Virus record (IMG/VR): IMGVR_UViG_3300011113_000415
Source of the DNA: a virus
Taxonomy: Duplodnaviria; Caudoviricetes
Strand: one strand, 5' to 3'
DNA: 64,000 bases
Under the pieces are notes generated by a model. That model had not been told where the DNA came from and did no database searches. It was given only the letters and a program-made list of their open reading frames with translations. This document shows, piece after piece, positions 20,205-28,909 of this stretch (positions are counted from its first letter, which is position 1; every line of letters starts with the position of its first letter). The translations under genes were made by a program, and so were the position numbers.

Positions 20205-21001
20205 TGCCAGTATGCTTCTGTGCGTTTTACCTTTAGATCCACTCTCTTGCTACGTCCTAGATCTTTTCTGGCACCTTTAAGGTGATCCAGATACGCACCC
20301 CATTCCGAATTGATCAAAGGATGCCCTTCTCCGGTAATCAAATGTCCAGACCAATCCAGTTCGTCCAGTTGATGATTTCGACGAACAGCATCAAACACAA
20401 ATGAGTCATGCCATTCTACCAATCTAAAAATACCATTCTCGGCGTCATCGTACATGTGTTGGAAGTCCCATAAGAAACGTTCCATGATGGCATGATTTAG
20501 GTTCATAGCATACAGCCCACATTCAGTGTAGTTGTGTCTGCGTCCTAAAAAGCACAGATCATGATGACTGGGGCAGAGCCTGTCAAGATCAGACAGGGTG
20601 ATGGGACTATGACACACAGTATCCCCATCCATCCAGATCAACCAATCAGTCTTGATATTTTGAGCACAATGAAAGATGCTATAGACCTTATGGGCAAATC
20701 TCACAGCGTCCCACTTAAATCCTTTGCCAGCATCTCGGCGTTGAGCCAGCACAGGATTATCACTGACATCGCCATTGGCTCGGGGAACTCCTTGCCATCT
20801 TTGTTTAAATGCTGTCAATGCATAAACCAGGGCAATATCAATTACGGCAAGATTGTCAGCAGATTCTTCTACACAGCAGTTTTCGGCATAGACCACAAGA
20901 TCAACTGATGCTGGCCAGTTTTGCAAAAAGGTCTGGATCATGCGTTGGCCATACTTCTCATAACCAGCCGCATTGAAAGTGGTAACTACTGTGTATTTCA
21001 T
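20201..21001 (-). CDS. GT-A-like glycosyltransferase
   Basis: VVTTF, RFAHKV, IWMDGDT (DxD), EWHDS, HLKG. Confidence 0.65.
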   Translation of the reverse strand: MKYTVVTTFNAAGYEKYGQRMIQTFLQNWPASVDLVVYAENCCVEESADNLAVIDIALVYALTAFKQRWQGVPRANGDVSDNPVLAQRRDAGKGFKWDAVRFAHKVYSIFHCAQNIKTDWLIWMDGDTVCHSPITLSDLDRLCPSHHDLCFLGRRHNYTECGLYAMNLNHAIMERFLWDFQHMYDDAENGIFRLVEWHDSFVFDAVRRNHQLDELDWSGHLITGEGHPLINSEWGAYLDHLKGARKDLGRSKRVDLKVKRTEAYWQ

Positions 21002-21011
21002 CGCAATACTT

Positions 21012-21863
21012 ATGATCAAAAACATAGCCTATTTTCCTTCTCAATGCGCCCTTAACAGCAAACCTGTTATAAATGCAGTTCTTGATTGTTTACAAGCACG
21101 TGGTATTGAAACACAAGAAAACAGCCTGGACTCTGATGCCGCTGTTATTTGGTCTGTGCTTTGGTCGGGCCGGATGGCCGCCAATCAACAGGTGTATGAA
21201 CATTATCGTGCGCAAGGTCGACCTGTGATTGTGATTGAGATCGGTGCATTGTATCGTGGCAACACTTGGAAGATTGCAGTAAACAACATCACTGCCGAAG
21301 GCTACTATGGTCATTTGAACAATTTAGATTGGGATAGACCAAAAAAACTCAAGATCAGTTTGGCTCAACAACTCAGCAACAAACCCAACATCGTTGTGGC
21401 CATGCAACATGAACGCAGTCTACAAGTTGCAGGTGTTGACCTACAAGCCTGGTTGCTCAACACACTGGCAATTCTCAAAAAACATACTGATCGTCCTGTC
21501 ATTGTAAGACCACATCCACGTGGACGGTTGCGGTTAGATAATCTACCACCTGATGTGGTTGTTGAGCAACCTAACAAAGTCAAAAATACCTACGACAGTT
21601 TTGACATGCATTATGATTGCCATGCTGTGATAAATTACAATTCGGGTATAGGCATCCAGGCCGCTATTGCAGGCTCAAGACCTGTGGTTGAAACCAGCAG
21701 TCTGGCATACCCAGTTGGCGTGGGACTTGCAGATATAGAACAACCGTATATAAAAGATCGGGAACTATGGCTCACGCAAATCTGTCATACAGAGTACACT
21801 GTAGATGAACTACGTCGAGGTATTTGGCTTAGCAGAATTGCCCCTGCATTAGAAAGCAGTTAA
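21012..21863 (+). CDS. Capsule-biosynthesis (KpsS/KpsC-like) GT-B protein
   Basis: IEIG, VRPHP, INYNSGIGIQAAIAG.P, W..QICHTEY..E. Confidence 0.6.
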   Translation: MIKNIAYFPSQCALNSKPVINAVLDCLQARGIETQENSLDSDAAVIWSVLWSGRMAANQQVYEHYRAQGRPVIVIEIGALYRGNTWKIAVNNITAEGYYGHLNNLDWDRPKKLKISLAQQLSNKPNIVVAMQHERSLQVAGVDLQAWLLNTLAILKKHTDRPVIVRPHPRGRLRLDNLPPDVVVEQPNKVKNTYDSFDMHYDCHAVINYNSGIGIQAAIAGSRPVVETSSLAYPVGVGLADIEQPYIKDRELWLTQICHTEYTVDELRRGIWLSRIAPALESS

Positions 21864-22597
21864 TGTCAGTAGAAACTGATCTCAACGCACACATTGACTG
21901 CGCCTGTGTAATACATGGCGATGTTTACAGTTGGAAATATGTAGACACTTTGTACAGCATGCTCTCACGCAATCTGTCATCGCCTGTTAGATTGCATGTG
22001 TACACCGAACATGATAGATCAGTTCCGCCACACATGATCAAACATATATTAACTGAATGGCCTGGTATAAAAGGTGCTCGACAATCCTGGTGGTATAAAA
22101 TGCAGTTGTTCAACCCCCAACATCATTCAGGACAGTTGTTGTATCTAGATCTAGACACTGTGATAGTGAATAACTTGGATTGGATAACGCAACTGAGTAC
22201 GGCTTATTTTTGGGCCATAAGAGATTACAAAACACTCTGGAAGCCTGATTTTCAAGGTATCAATTCCAGCGTGATGTATTGGCATACCAAAAAGTTTGCT
22301 GGAATTTGGACTGAGTTTGTCAAACAAGATATCCCCAAATTGTGTGCAAAATATCATGGCGATCAAGAATATTTGTCTGCTGTTTTAAAACCCACACAAC
22401 GTAGGTTTTTACCCGAAAAATCCGCAGTCAGTTGGCGCTGGCAAGCACTTGATGGAGGCATAGATCCTTACACACGTAAACATTTGGTGCCAGGACAGGG
22501 CACGAGATTTGGACCTGAAACAAGCCTACTGATTTTTCATGGACAGCCCAAACCTGATCAAGTGCGGGATCCCCTTGTTTTGAATCATTGGCAATGA
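21863..22597 (+). CDS. Glycosyltransferase (GT8/GT-A-like)
   Basis: WWYKMQLF, LYLDLDTVI, NSSVM, GDQEY, FHGQPKP. Confidence 0.75.
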   Translation: MSVETDLNAHIDCACVIHGDVYSWKYVDTLYSMLSRNLSSPVRLHVYTEHDRSVPPHMIKHILTEWPGIKGARQSWWYKMQLFNPQHHSGQLLYLDLDTVIVNNLDWITQLSTAYFWAIRDYKTLWKPDFQGINSSVMYWHTKKFAGIWTEFVKQDIPKLCAKYHGDQEYLSAVLKPTQRRFLPEKSAVSWRWQALDGGIDPYTRKHLVPGQGTRFGPETSLLIFHGQPKPDQVRDPLVLNHWQ

Positions 22598-22625
22598 TAA
22601 ATAAAAATATCAACGGAGAATACCT

Positions 22626-23108
22626 ATGACTACTCGTACTTTTAAACAATTTGGTATAGCATTTGGATCCCAGATTGCAAATATAACAGCAAAAATTGAC
22701 AATACTGTAATCTACCAGGGTCCAGTCACCACATTGAATGAGTCTTATCCAACATTACCAAATCTGGATTATACTGTAACAAATGAATTGTTTACATGGA
22801 CCACTGATGTGAATTTTTCAGGACAACAAACATTAGAAATCTCAATTGACGAACACGCTGTTTTGTTGTTGGCATCTATAAAAGCAAATTACAGTCCGGT
22901 TCCTATTGGCAATACGTATGTGCAGTCATCAGGACCTGATGGATATGTTGCATTAAAATCCGACCAGTTTGGCAATACCTATGTCAATGGTGACTTGGTA
23001 CCGTCGGCAAGCATTGATCACAGTACCTTACCCGGGCTATGGTGGTTTCAGGTACCCAATGGCGGAAATTTTGTTGAAAACTTCACAGTGTTGCCAGGGA
23101 TCGCATAA
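22626..23108 (+). CDS. Hypothetical, probably structural (beta-rich) late protein
   Basis: TAAATA at 22598, GGAG RBS, downstream terminator. Confidence 0.55.
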   Translation: MTTRTFKQFGIAFGSQIANITAKIDNTVIYQGPVTTLNESYPTLPNLDYTVTNELFTWTTDVNFSGQQTLEISIDEHAVLLLASIKANYSPVPIGNTYVQSSGPDGYVALKSDQFGNTYVNGDLVPSASIDHSTLPGLWWFQVPNGGNFVENFTVLPGIA

Positions 23109-23129
23109 ACACCTGTTGATAAGAAAAAC

Positions 23130-23154
23130 AACCCTGCCTTGTGCAGGGTTTTTT
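23130..23154 (+). terminator. Rho-independent terminator
   Basis: AACCCTGC-cttgt-GCAGGGTT followed by a T run; near-identical copy at 58732. Confidence 0.75.
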
Positions 23155-23162
23155 ATTTGTAC

Positions 23163-23191
23163 TTGATCAATAATTTACCATGTGCTATAAT
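23163..23191 (+). promoter_or_regulatory. sigma70-type early promoter
   Basis: TTGATC-17 nt-TATAAT. Confidence 0.7.
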
Positions 23192-23219
23192 CAAGGCTAC
23201 AAACAAAAAGGAAATCAAA

Positions 23220-23441
23220 ATGACTCTAAATCAAAAAGCCGCTCTCCAAACCTTTGCCATTGTTCTCGCAATGGTGGCAGGTTCAGTAGGTACTACTTTT
23301 GTATTAAATTTCTTAGGACCCCAGGCTCCTGCAATAGCAGGATGTACATTATTGTTCGGCATGTTTGTTTACTTGACATTTACAATAGTGAAGAACCGTT
23401 TAGAATACAATCAAAAACTTGACGAAATTACAAAAAAGTAA
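23220..23441 (+). CDS. Small two-TM membrane protein (early)
   Basis: AAGGA RBS; two hydrophobic segments. Confidence 0.6.
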   Translation: MTLNQKAALQTFAIVLAMVAGSVGTTFVLNFLGPQAPAIAGCTLLFGMFVYLTFTIVKNRLEYNQKLDEITKK

Positions 23442-23477
23442 TACTTTTTATACAAAAAAGTAATACTTTTGTAATAC
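23431..23477. repeat. Tandem palindromic AAAAGTAATACTTTT repeats (operator-like)
   Basis: CAAAAAAGTAATACTTTT at 23431 and 23453; third GTAATAC core at 23471, directly upstream of a -35. Confidence 0.7.
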
Positions 23478-23506
23478 TTGACCAATAATTGGTATTTTGC
23501 TATAAT
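23478..23506 (+). promoter_or_regulatory. sigma70-type early promoter
   Basis: TTGACC-17 nt-TATAAT. Confidence 0.8.
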
Positions 23507-23553
23507 ATTGACATAGACAGTAAATTTTAACCCGCACAAAAAAGGAGCCAACC

Positions 23554-24576
23554 ATGAGTGCAATTCGTGTAGTAAACGGTACATACCGTAATAAACCCGT
23601 CCATAATCAAGAATTTGTTCTTGTGAGCGGTTTCCAAACCGGGGCCCGAGGTAACTATGTTACTGTAAAAAATAACGGTGCTTTCCCAAACTGCCCTGAT
23701 ACGATTCGTATCAGTGTAGACAACATCTCAGATATAGAGTATACTAATGGCATGACACAAGACAATACCGTAAAATTTGACAAGCAGGTGGCTGTGACTG
23801 AAACAGATGAACAGGCCATGGACCGTATTCGTGAGCGTTTTGACATTCTTACAGAAATGACCAAAGCCACTGTATCAGGTGACATCCGTGCCATGATTGT
23901 ATCTGGTCCCCCGGGTGTTGGTAAAAGTTTTGGCGTTGAAACAGAAATTGAAAAGGCCTGCTTGTTTGATAAACTGGCTGGCAAACGCCTCCGTGCCGAA
24001 GTTGTTAAAGGTAGTGCAACACCCATTGGTTTGTTTCAAACACTTTACAAATACTCAGATGAGAATTGTGTGGTTGTGTTTGACGACTGTGACTCAATCT
24101 TGCTTGACGATGTTGCCTTGAACTTGCTAAAAGGTGCCTTGGACTCAGGCAAGAAACGCACTATCTCCTGGTTGAGCGAATCCAGTGCCCTGCGTCGCGA
24201 AGGTATTCCGGATCGTTTTGAATTCAAAGGCTCGGTAATCTTTATTACCAACCTCAAGTTTGACAAAATGAAAAGCCAAAAATTGCGTGACCATTTGGAT
24301 GCATTGCAATCACGCTGTCACTATTTGGACCTAACACTTGATACCATGCGTGACAAGTTGTTGCGTATCAAGCAGATTGCCAAAGATGGTGTGTTGTTCC
24401 AAGACTACGAATTTGATGAGGCTGTGCAAGACGACATCATTGACTTCATGCACACCAACAAAGATCGCCTGCGCGAAGTGTCGTTGCGCATGGCGCTGAA
24501 GATTGCAGACTTGCGCAAGATGTCAGTTGTAAACTGGAAGCGTCTCGCAGAAACCACTTGCATGAAGGTGGCCTAA
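23554..24576 (+). CDS. AAA+ family ATPase
   Basis: Walker A GPPGVGKS, Walker B VVFDDCD, FITN sensor-1 and a probable arginine finger (ALQSRC). Confidence 0.8.
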   Translation: MSAIRVVNGTYRNKPVHNQEFVLVSGFQTGARGNYVTVKNNGAFPNCPDTIRISVDNISDIEYTNGMTQDNTVKFDKQVAVTETDEQAMDRIRERFDILTEMTKATVSGDIRAMIVSGPPGVGKSFGVETEIEKACLFDKLAGKRLRAEVVKGSATPIGLFQTLYKYSDENCVVVFDDCDSILLDDVALNLLKGALDSGKKRTISWLSESSALRREGIPDRFEFKGSVIFITNLKFDKMKSQKLRDHLDALQSRCHYLDLTLDTMRDKLLRIKQIAKDGVLFQDYEFDEAVQDDIIDFMHTNKDRLREVSLRMALKIADLRKMSVVNWKRLAETTCMKVA

Positions 24577-24584
24577 TTGTGCAA

Positions 24585-24613
24585 TAACCCTGTCTAGTAC
24601 AGGGTTACTTTTT
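24585..24613 (+). terminator. Rho-independent terminator
   Basis: TAACCCTGT-ctagt-ACAGGGTTA followed by CTTTTT. Confidence 0.7.
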
Positions 24614-24617
24614 ACAG

Positions 24618-24646
24618 TTGACTAGTAATTTCTAATTTGCTAAACT
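24618..24646 (+). promoter_or_regulatory. sigma70-type early promoter
   Basis: TTGACT-17 nt-TAAACT. Confidence 0.6.
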
Positions 24647-24678
24647 GTAGTCTCAGTAACACACAAAAAGGAATCTAT

Positions 24679-25137
24679 ATGAGTAGTACATCAGTTGATG
24701 GTTGGTATGATCACATTACATACGAGGCAGAAACCTGGGCCTACACATACAAAAATGATGACTACAAGGAAGGCAACGGTCGTCGTACTGTGTATCTGAC
24801 TGCTCAAGACTGTGCAGAGATTGCAGAAATAATGGGACACCCTGATGTGGCCAGTGCCATAATGAAACGATTTAGGTTGCGACAACTTAACCTGCCAGGC
24901 AACGTGGGATTTAAAATTGGCGACAAGGTAATAGAAACTACCGATAAACGTGCGTACAATACCATAATTAAAAACGGTAAAATACACAAAGATGAGGTGG
25001 GTGAGGTTTTTGCGATCAAGGGCAAAACAATATATGTATGTTATCCTGATACCGGGTGTTTTAAGGTCGCAGAAACAAACCTCACTCTAATTGGTACAAT
25101 TACCATCACAAGTTCTGATCAATTTAGAACATATTAA
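24679..25137 (+). CDS. Hypothetical early protein
   Basis: AAGGA RBS and its own promoter; C-terminal half could be SH3/KOW-like (weak). Confidence 0.55.
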   Translation: MSSTSVDGWYDHITYEAETWAYTYKNDDYKEGNGRRTVYLTAQDCAEIAEIMGHPDVASAIMKRFRLRQLNLPGNVGFKIGDKVIETTDKRAYNTIIKNGKIHKDEVGEVFAIKGKTIYVCYPDTGCFKVAETNLTLIGTITITSSDQFRTY

Positions 25138-25149
25138 TAGGAGTTTGAT

Positions 25150-25239
25150 ATGGCCTGGATTGGTGTTCTAATGTTGTTGATGTTAGGACACCTGGGTTGG
25201 GCACTGTTTTTTGCTCTAATAATTTTATGGTTTGAATAG
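25150..25239 (+). CDS. 29-aa hydrophobic micro-protein
   Basis: TAGGAG RBS; MAWIGVLMLLMLGHLGWALFFALIILWFE; below the ORF-track length cutoff. Confidence 0.55.
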   Translation: MAWIGVLMLLMLGHLGWALFFALIILWFE

Positions 25240-25278
25240 TTTTCCTGGGCATTGGTTGGCTCCGGCTCAGGCTTAGTA

Positions 25279-25310
25279 CAGATACCCCTAAAAAGGTGTC
25301 TGTTTTTTTT
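25279..25310 (+). terminator. Rho-independent terminator
   Basis: CAGATACC-loop-GGTGTCTG (one G-U pair) followed by T8. Confidence 0.7.
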
Positions 25311-25326
25311 GATTCTTAAATATGTC

Positions 25327-26130
25327 ATGCAGATAGTTTTTTCCAATGACAAAACAGTTGATTTAATACTAAATCCAACTCCACTGACTTCTGTTTACCA
25401 AACTGCATACAAACATTTAAGACATGTTTCAATTCCGTTTCGAGACTGGGACAATCCTTTTTATCTAAGCAATTTGACTCACCAGGCGTTAGTAGAAAAA
25501 TTAATCGTTTATGCAGATAAAGTACAAGTTACAATTGATAGAAACAAGTGTCTAGCACAAGATCAAAACTACTTTAATCACGTACACAAAATTTATGAAA
25601 AAAACTATGATGGAAATCCTGACTGGTTAGATTTCCATCAACATATTCATTTTTGCGAACAGAATCATATGTTCCCAAAATTTTTTATTATTGACTACAG
25701 AGAAAAATTTGGATTATTGCAAAACAAATTGCTATTCAAACACGAATGGTTGAAAAGTTGCACTACAGTGATCAGAACAGGTGACGTTTTTATAGAATGG
25801 TCCGAATTAGGAAAATCGCCCTATCGATATTGGAAAGATGGTGAGCCTAATCTTACCGGACGTGTTTGTACCTTGGCCAAACCTTGGATAACTTTGTGGC
25901 CCAAAATACAAGTTGCTATGGAAGATTTAGACCTCATGCAAAATGTAAAGAATGCAGAGTTTGAATCCTGGTGGGCCCAACACAGCGATTCCTGGTGCGA
26001 ACATTGGAATATACCCTCGTGGACTATAAGAGATATGCACTCAGTTTTAGTAATTGGCCGAGTGCCAAAGGTTGAAATGTTGCGTAGTCTATTAAATAGC
26101 GACCAAAAACCTATCAAAGTAAAACTGTAA
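25327..26130 (+). CDS. Hypothetical AT-rich accessory protein
   Basis: TAAATA 4 nt before the ATG; Trp/His-rich; no family recognised. Confidence 0.55.
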   Translation: MQIVFSNDKTVDLILNPTPLTSVYQTAYKHLRHVSIPFRDWDNPFYLSNLTHQALVEKLIVYADKVQVTIDRNKCLAQDQNYFNHVHKIYEKNYDGNPDWLDFHQHIHFCEQNHMFPKFFIIDYREKFGLLQNKLLFKHEWLKSCTTVIRTGDVFIEWSELGKSPYRYWKDGEPNLTGRVCTLAKPWITLWPKIQVAMEDLDLMQNVKNAEFESWWAQHSDSWCEHWNIPSWTIRDMHSVLVIGRVPKVEMLRSLLNSDQKPIKVKL

Positions 26131-26181
26131 TTGTTACCAGTTTGGTTGTAAATTCATTCTTAATTATATACAATACACACA

Positions 26182-27651
26182 ATGAAAAGATGTACAATAC
26201 AAATTAGAGATGAAGTCAATATCAAGTTAGAAGGCCTTGATTTGGATGTGCGCCGGGCTTTGGTTACCGCTTTTAAATATGATGTGCCTTATGCTAGATA
26301 TCTTCCAGCAGTGAGACTTGGACGTTGGGACGGCAAAGTAAGTTATTTCCAGTTAGGCGGATCAACTTATACCAATCTCTTGCCTGAAATCGTTCCTATT
26401 TTGGAACGATTTGATTATGATATTGAAATAGATGATCAAAGAGATTACTCAACCTCATTCTCTTTTGCTCAAGTTAATGAAGATTCGTTTGCACACATTG
26501 CCTGGCACAAAGGTCATCCTGAAGCAGGCAAACCCATTCGCATGCGAGACTACCAAGTGGAGATTGTGAACAACTTCTTAGCCAACCCACAGTGTCTACA
26601 AGAAGTGGCCACCGGCGCGGGCAAGACCATAATGACAGCCGCACTGTCAAATGCAGTGACGCCATATGGTAGATCAATTGTGATTGTGCCCAACAAGAGT
26701 CTAGTTACACAGACTGAAAAAGACTACATCAACATGCAACAGGATGTGGGTGTGTATTTTGGCGACCGCAAAGAGTGGGGACGGCAGCACACCATATGCA
26801 CCTGGCAGAGTTTGAATGTGTTATTAAAAAACACCAAGGCCGGCGTGGGCGACTGTACCATTGGTGAGTTCTTGGAAGGTGTGGTTTGTGTTATTGTGGA
26901 CGAAGTACACATGGCCAAAGCAGATGCGCTCAAAACTCTCCTAACAGGGGTGATGTCAAGAGTGCCAATTCGCTGGGGTTTGACTGGAACCATACCCAAA
27001 GAGAAATTTGAAAGCCAGGCTCTACTGGTTGGACTAGGACCTGTGATTGGAAGGCTCAGTGCAAACGAACTGCAACAGCAGGGAGTACTTGCAAACTGTC
27101 ACGTCAACATTGTGCAGTTGGTGGATCACGTGGAGTATAAAGAGTACCAAACAGAACTTAAATACCTACTTGAAGAGTCAGGCCGCTTGGATACCATGGC
27201 CCAACTCATAAAGCGAGTAAATGAAACAGGCAACACACTGGTGCTTGTGGATAGGGTAGCCGCAGGACATGCCTTAGTAGAACGCTTGGGTGATCGTGCT
27301 GTGTTTGTGTCTGGGGCAACCAAAGCAAAGGATCGCCAAGATGAATACGACGAAGTTGCAGAATCCTCAGACAAAATTATCGTGGCCACGTATGGTGTGG
27401 CGGCGGTTGGAATTAACATTCCGCGAATCTTTAATCTTGTGCTCATTGAGCCTGGCAAGAGTTTTGTTAGGGTTATCCAGTCGATTGGCCGAGGTATCCG
27501 AAAAGCAGAGGATAAAGATCATGTGCAAATTTGGGACGTCACCTCAACCTGCAAGTTCGCCAAGCGACACCTGACCAAACGAAAACAGTTCTATAAAGAA
27601 GCCAACTATCCCTTTAGTTCAGAGAAACTGGAGTGGATGAAAATCGCTTGA
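26182..27651 (+). CDS. uvsW: SF2 DNA helicase UvsW
   Basis: ATGAGKT, VDEVH, GLTGT and QSIGRGIR motifs; TTGTAA-17 nt-TACAAT promoter. Confidence 0.92.
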   Translation: MKRCTIQIRDEVNIKLEGLDLDVRRALVTAFKYDVPYARYLPAVRLGRWDGKVSYFQLGGSTYTNLLPEIVPILERFDYDIEIDDQRDYSTSFSFAQVNEDSFAHIAWHKGHPEAGKPIRMRDYQVEIVNNFLANPQCLQEVATGAGKTIMTAALSNAVTPYGRSIVIVPNKSLVTQTEKDYINMQQDVGVYFGDRKEWGRQHTICTWQSLNVLLKNTKAGVGDCTIGEFLEGVVCVIVDEVHMAKADALKTLLTGVMSRVPIRWGLTGTIPKEKFESQALLVGLGPVIGRLSANELQQQGVLANCHVNIVQLVDHVEYKEYQTELKYLLEESGRLDTMAQLIKRVNETGNTLVLVDRVAAGHALVERLGDRAVFVSGATKAKDRQDEYDEVAESSDKIIVATYGVAAVGINIPRIFNLVLIEPGKSFVRVIQSIGRGIRKAEDKDHVQIWDVTSTCKFAKRHLTKRKQFYKEANYPFSSEKLEWMKIA

Positions 27652-27676
27652 CATTTACAACAAAATACTGTATTAT
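27648..27676 (+). promoter_or_regulatory. sigma70-type promoter overlapping the uvsW stop
   Basis: TTGACA-17 nt-TATTAT; ATG 6 nt downstream. Confidence 0.6.
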
Positions 27677-27682
27677 TCAAAC

Positions 27683-28183
27683 ATGCGCATACTAACACTT
27701 GACAACGCTCCTTACGATCTTGATCACCTACCTGAACAGGTAGAAGACATGAGATTTGCAATCTTGGACAATTCAGATCCTGCCAATCCAGACTATCATT
27801 ACATACCACTTATCTTTTTGGAAAGTTTCAATGCACCTGCTCTGGTACTGCAAATAGGAACCAACAGAATCCGAATGCCTGTGGACTGGCAGATCCTTAT
27901 TGGCGAACCTGATGTGGGCGATTTAGAAATACTACCACTCACAAGTATTAATGATCGTGGATTTAGAGCATTTCAATTCAATCCACTTAGCAGTTTCCGT
28001 CCATCCTTCCCCAACATAGAAATTGTGGATGTGTATCAGGAAGTGGCTTGGTATGCACCCAAACTCAAGAATGGTCAAATGCTGTGTGTGCCCATAGACG
28101 ACAGTGCAACTCCGGACTGTGTTTATTTTGTGAAAGACATCAGTCGCAACTGTGAAATAGTTGATTACAACAGGGCATGGTAA
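27683..28183 (+). CDS. Conserved hypothetical phage protein (beta-rich)
   Basis: 166-aa ORF following uvsW in a compact operon. Confidence 0.6.
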   Translation: MRILTLDNAPYDLDHLPEQVEDMRFAILDNSDPANPDYHYIPLIFLESFNAPALVLQIGTNRIRMPVDWQILIGEPDVGDLEILPLTSINDRGFRAFQFNPLSSFRPSFPNIEIVDVYQEVAWYAPKLKNGQMLCVPIDDSATPDCVYFVKDISRNCEIVDYNRAW

Positions 28184-28470
28184 TGGGAACACTTACTCCA
28201 GGCGCTACATACATTTACGAACGTGCCAATGGTGTAGTATATGCCAGAGAGTTTAATGCACATCCTAGTACCAGAAAAGTAGTGGGTTATGATGATCCCA
28301 AAGCCTATGATCCTATAACAGGACACAAAATCGACACAATCATGGGCATGGACATGCGCCGTGTGGCCAACCTGGTTGGCATGGCCCAAGCGGCAGAAAC
28401 CAATCCCGCTTTACAAGATGCACTAGAACGTGCTATAATGATCTATCAATTGAGCAAACCAAATGAGTGA
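28177..28470 (+). CDS. Hypothetical protein
   Basis: 97-aa ORF overlapping its neighbours in the operon. Confidence 0.55.
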   Translation: MVMGTLTPGATYIYERANGVVYAREFNAHPSTRKVVGYDDPKAYDPITGHKIDTIMGMDMRRVANLVGMAQAAETNPALQDALERAIMIYQLSKPNE

Positions 28471-28909
28471 TAAACTAAACATTGCCAACGAGATGCGTAT
28501 GTTTGACCGCAAGGTTAGGTCATTCTACGACGACCTCACTGCTGAAGAAAAGAAAAAGTTTTCAAACTATCTCATGATACGTTGGGGATCAGCAGTGGAA
28601 GGATCAAGAGAACTGCAAGAGTTTTATGTTATTGCCACCAATGAGCGATTGAACAAACATTTTTTTGACGTGGCCAAACATCCTCAACTGCAATGGCTCA
28701 TGGCCACAAGTGTGAGCCCAGGACTGGGTACGCCTAGACATCCTTGGATTGCGCCCCGAAAGAAAGAAGCAGGACTAAGTGCCAAACGCCGTGCCATGAT
28801 GGAAGTATATCCCAATTATAAAGATGATGAAATAGATGTCATGTGTGCTATAACCACACAACGAGAAATAGACGAGTACAACAAGCAAGCAGGCAATGAC
28901 AAGAAATGA
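28463..28909 (+). CDS. gp62: Clamp loader small subunit-like (T4 gp62 family)
   Basis: FSNYLMIRW, HPQLQW and helical C-terminus resemble gp62-type proteins; replication context. Confidence 0.6.
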   Translation: MSDKLNIANEMRMFDRKVRSFYDDLTAEEKKKFSNYLMIRWGSAVEGSRELQEFYVIATNERLNKHFFDVAKHPQLQWLMATSVSPGLGTPRHPWIAPRKKEAGLSAKRRAMMEVYPNYKDDEIDVMCAITTQREIDEYNKQAGNDKK

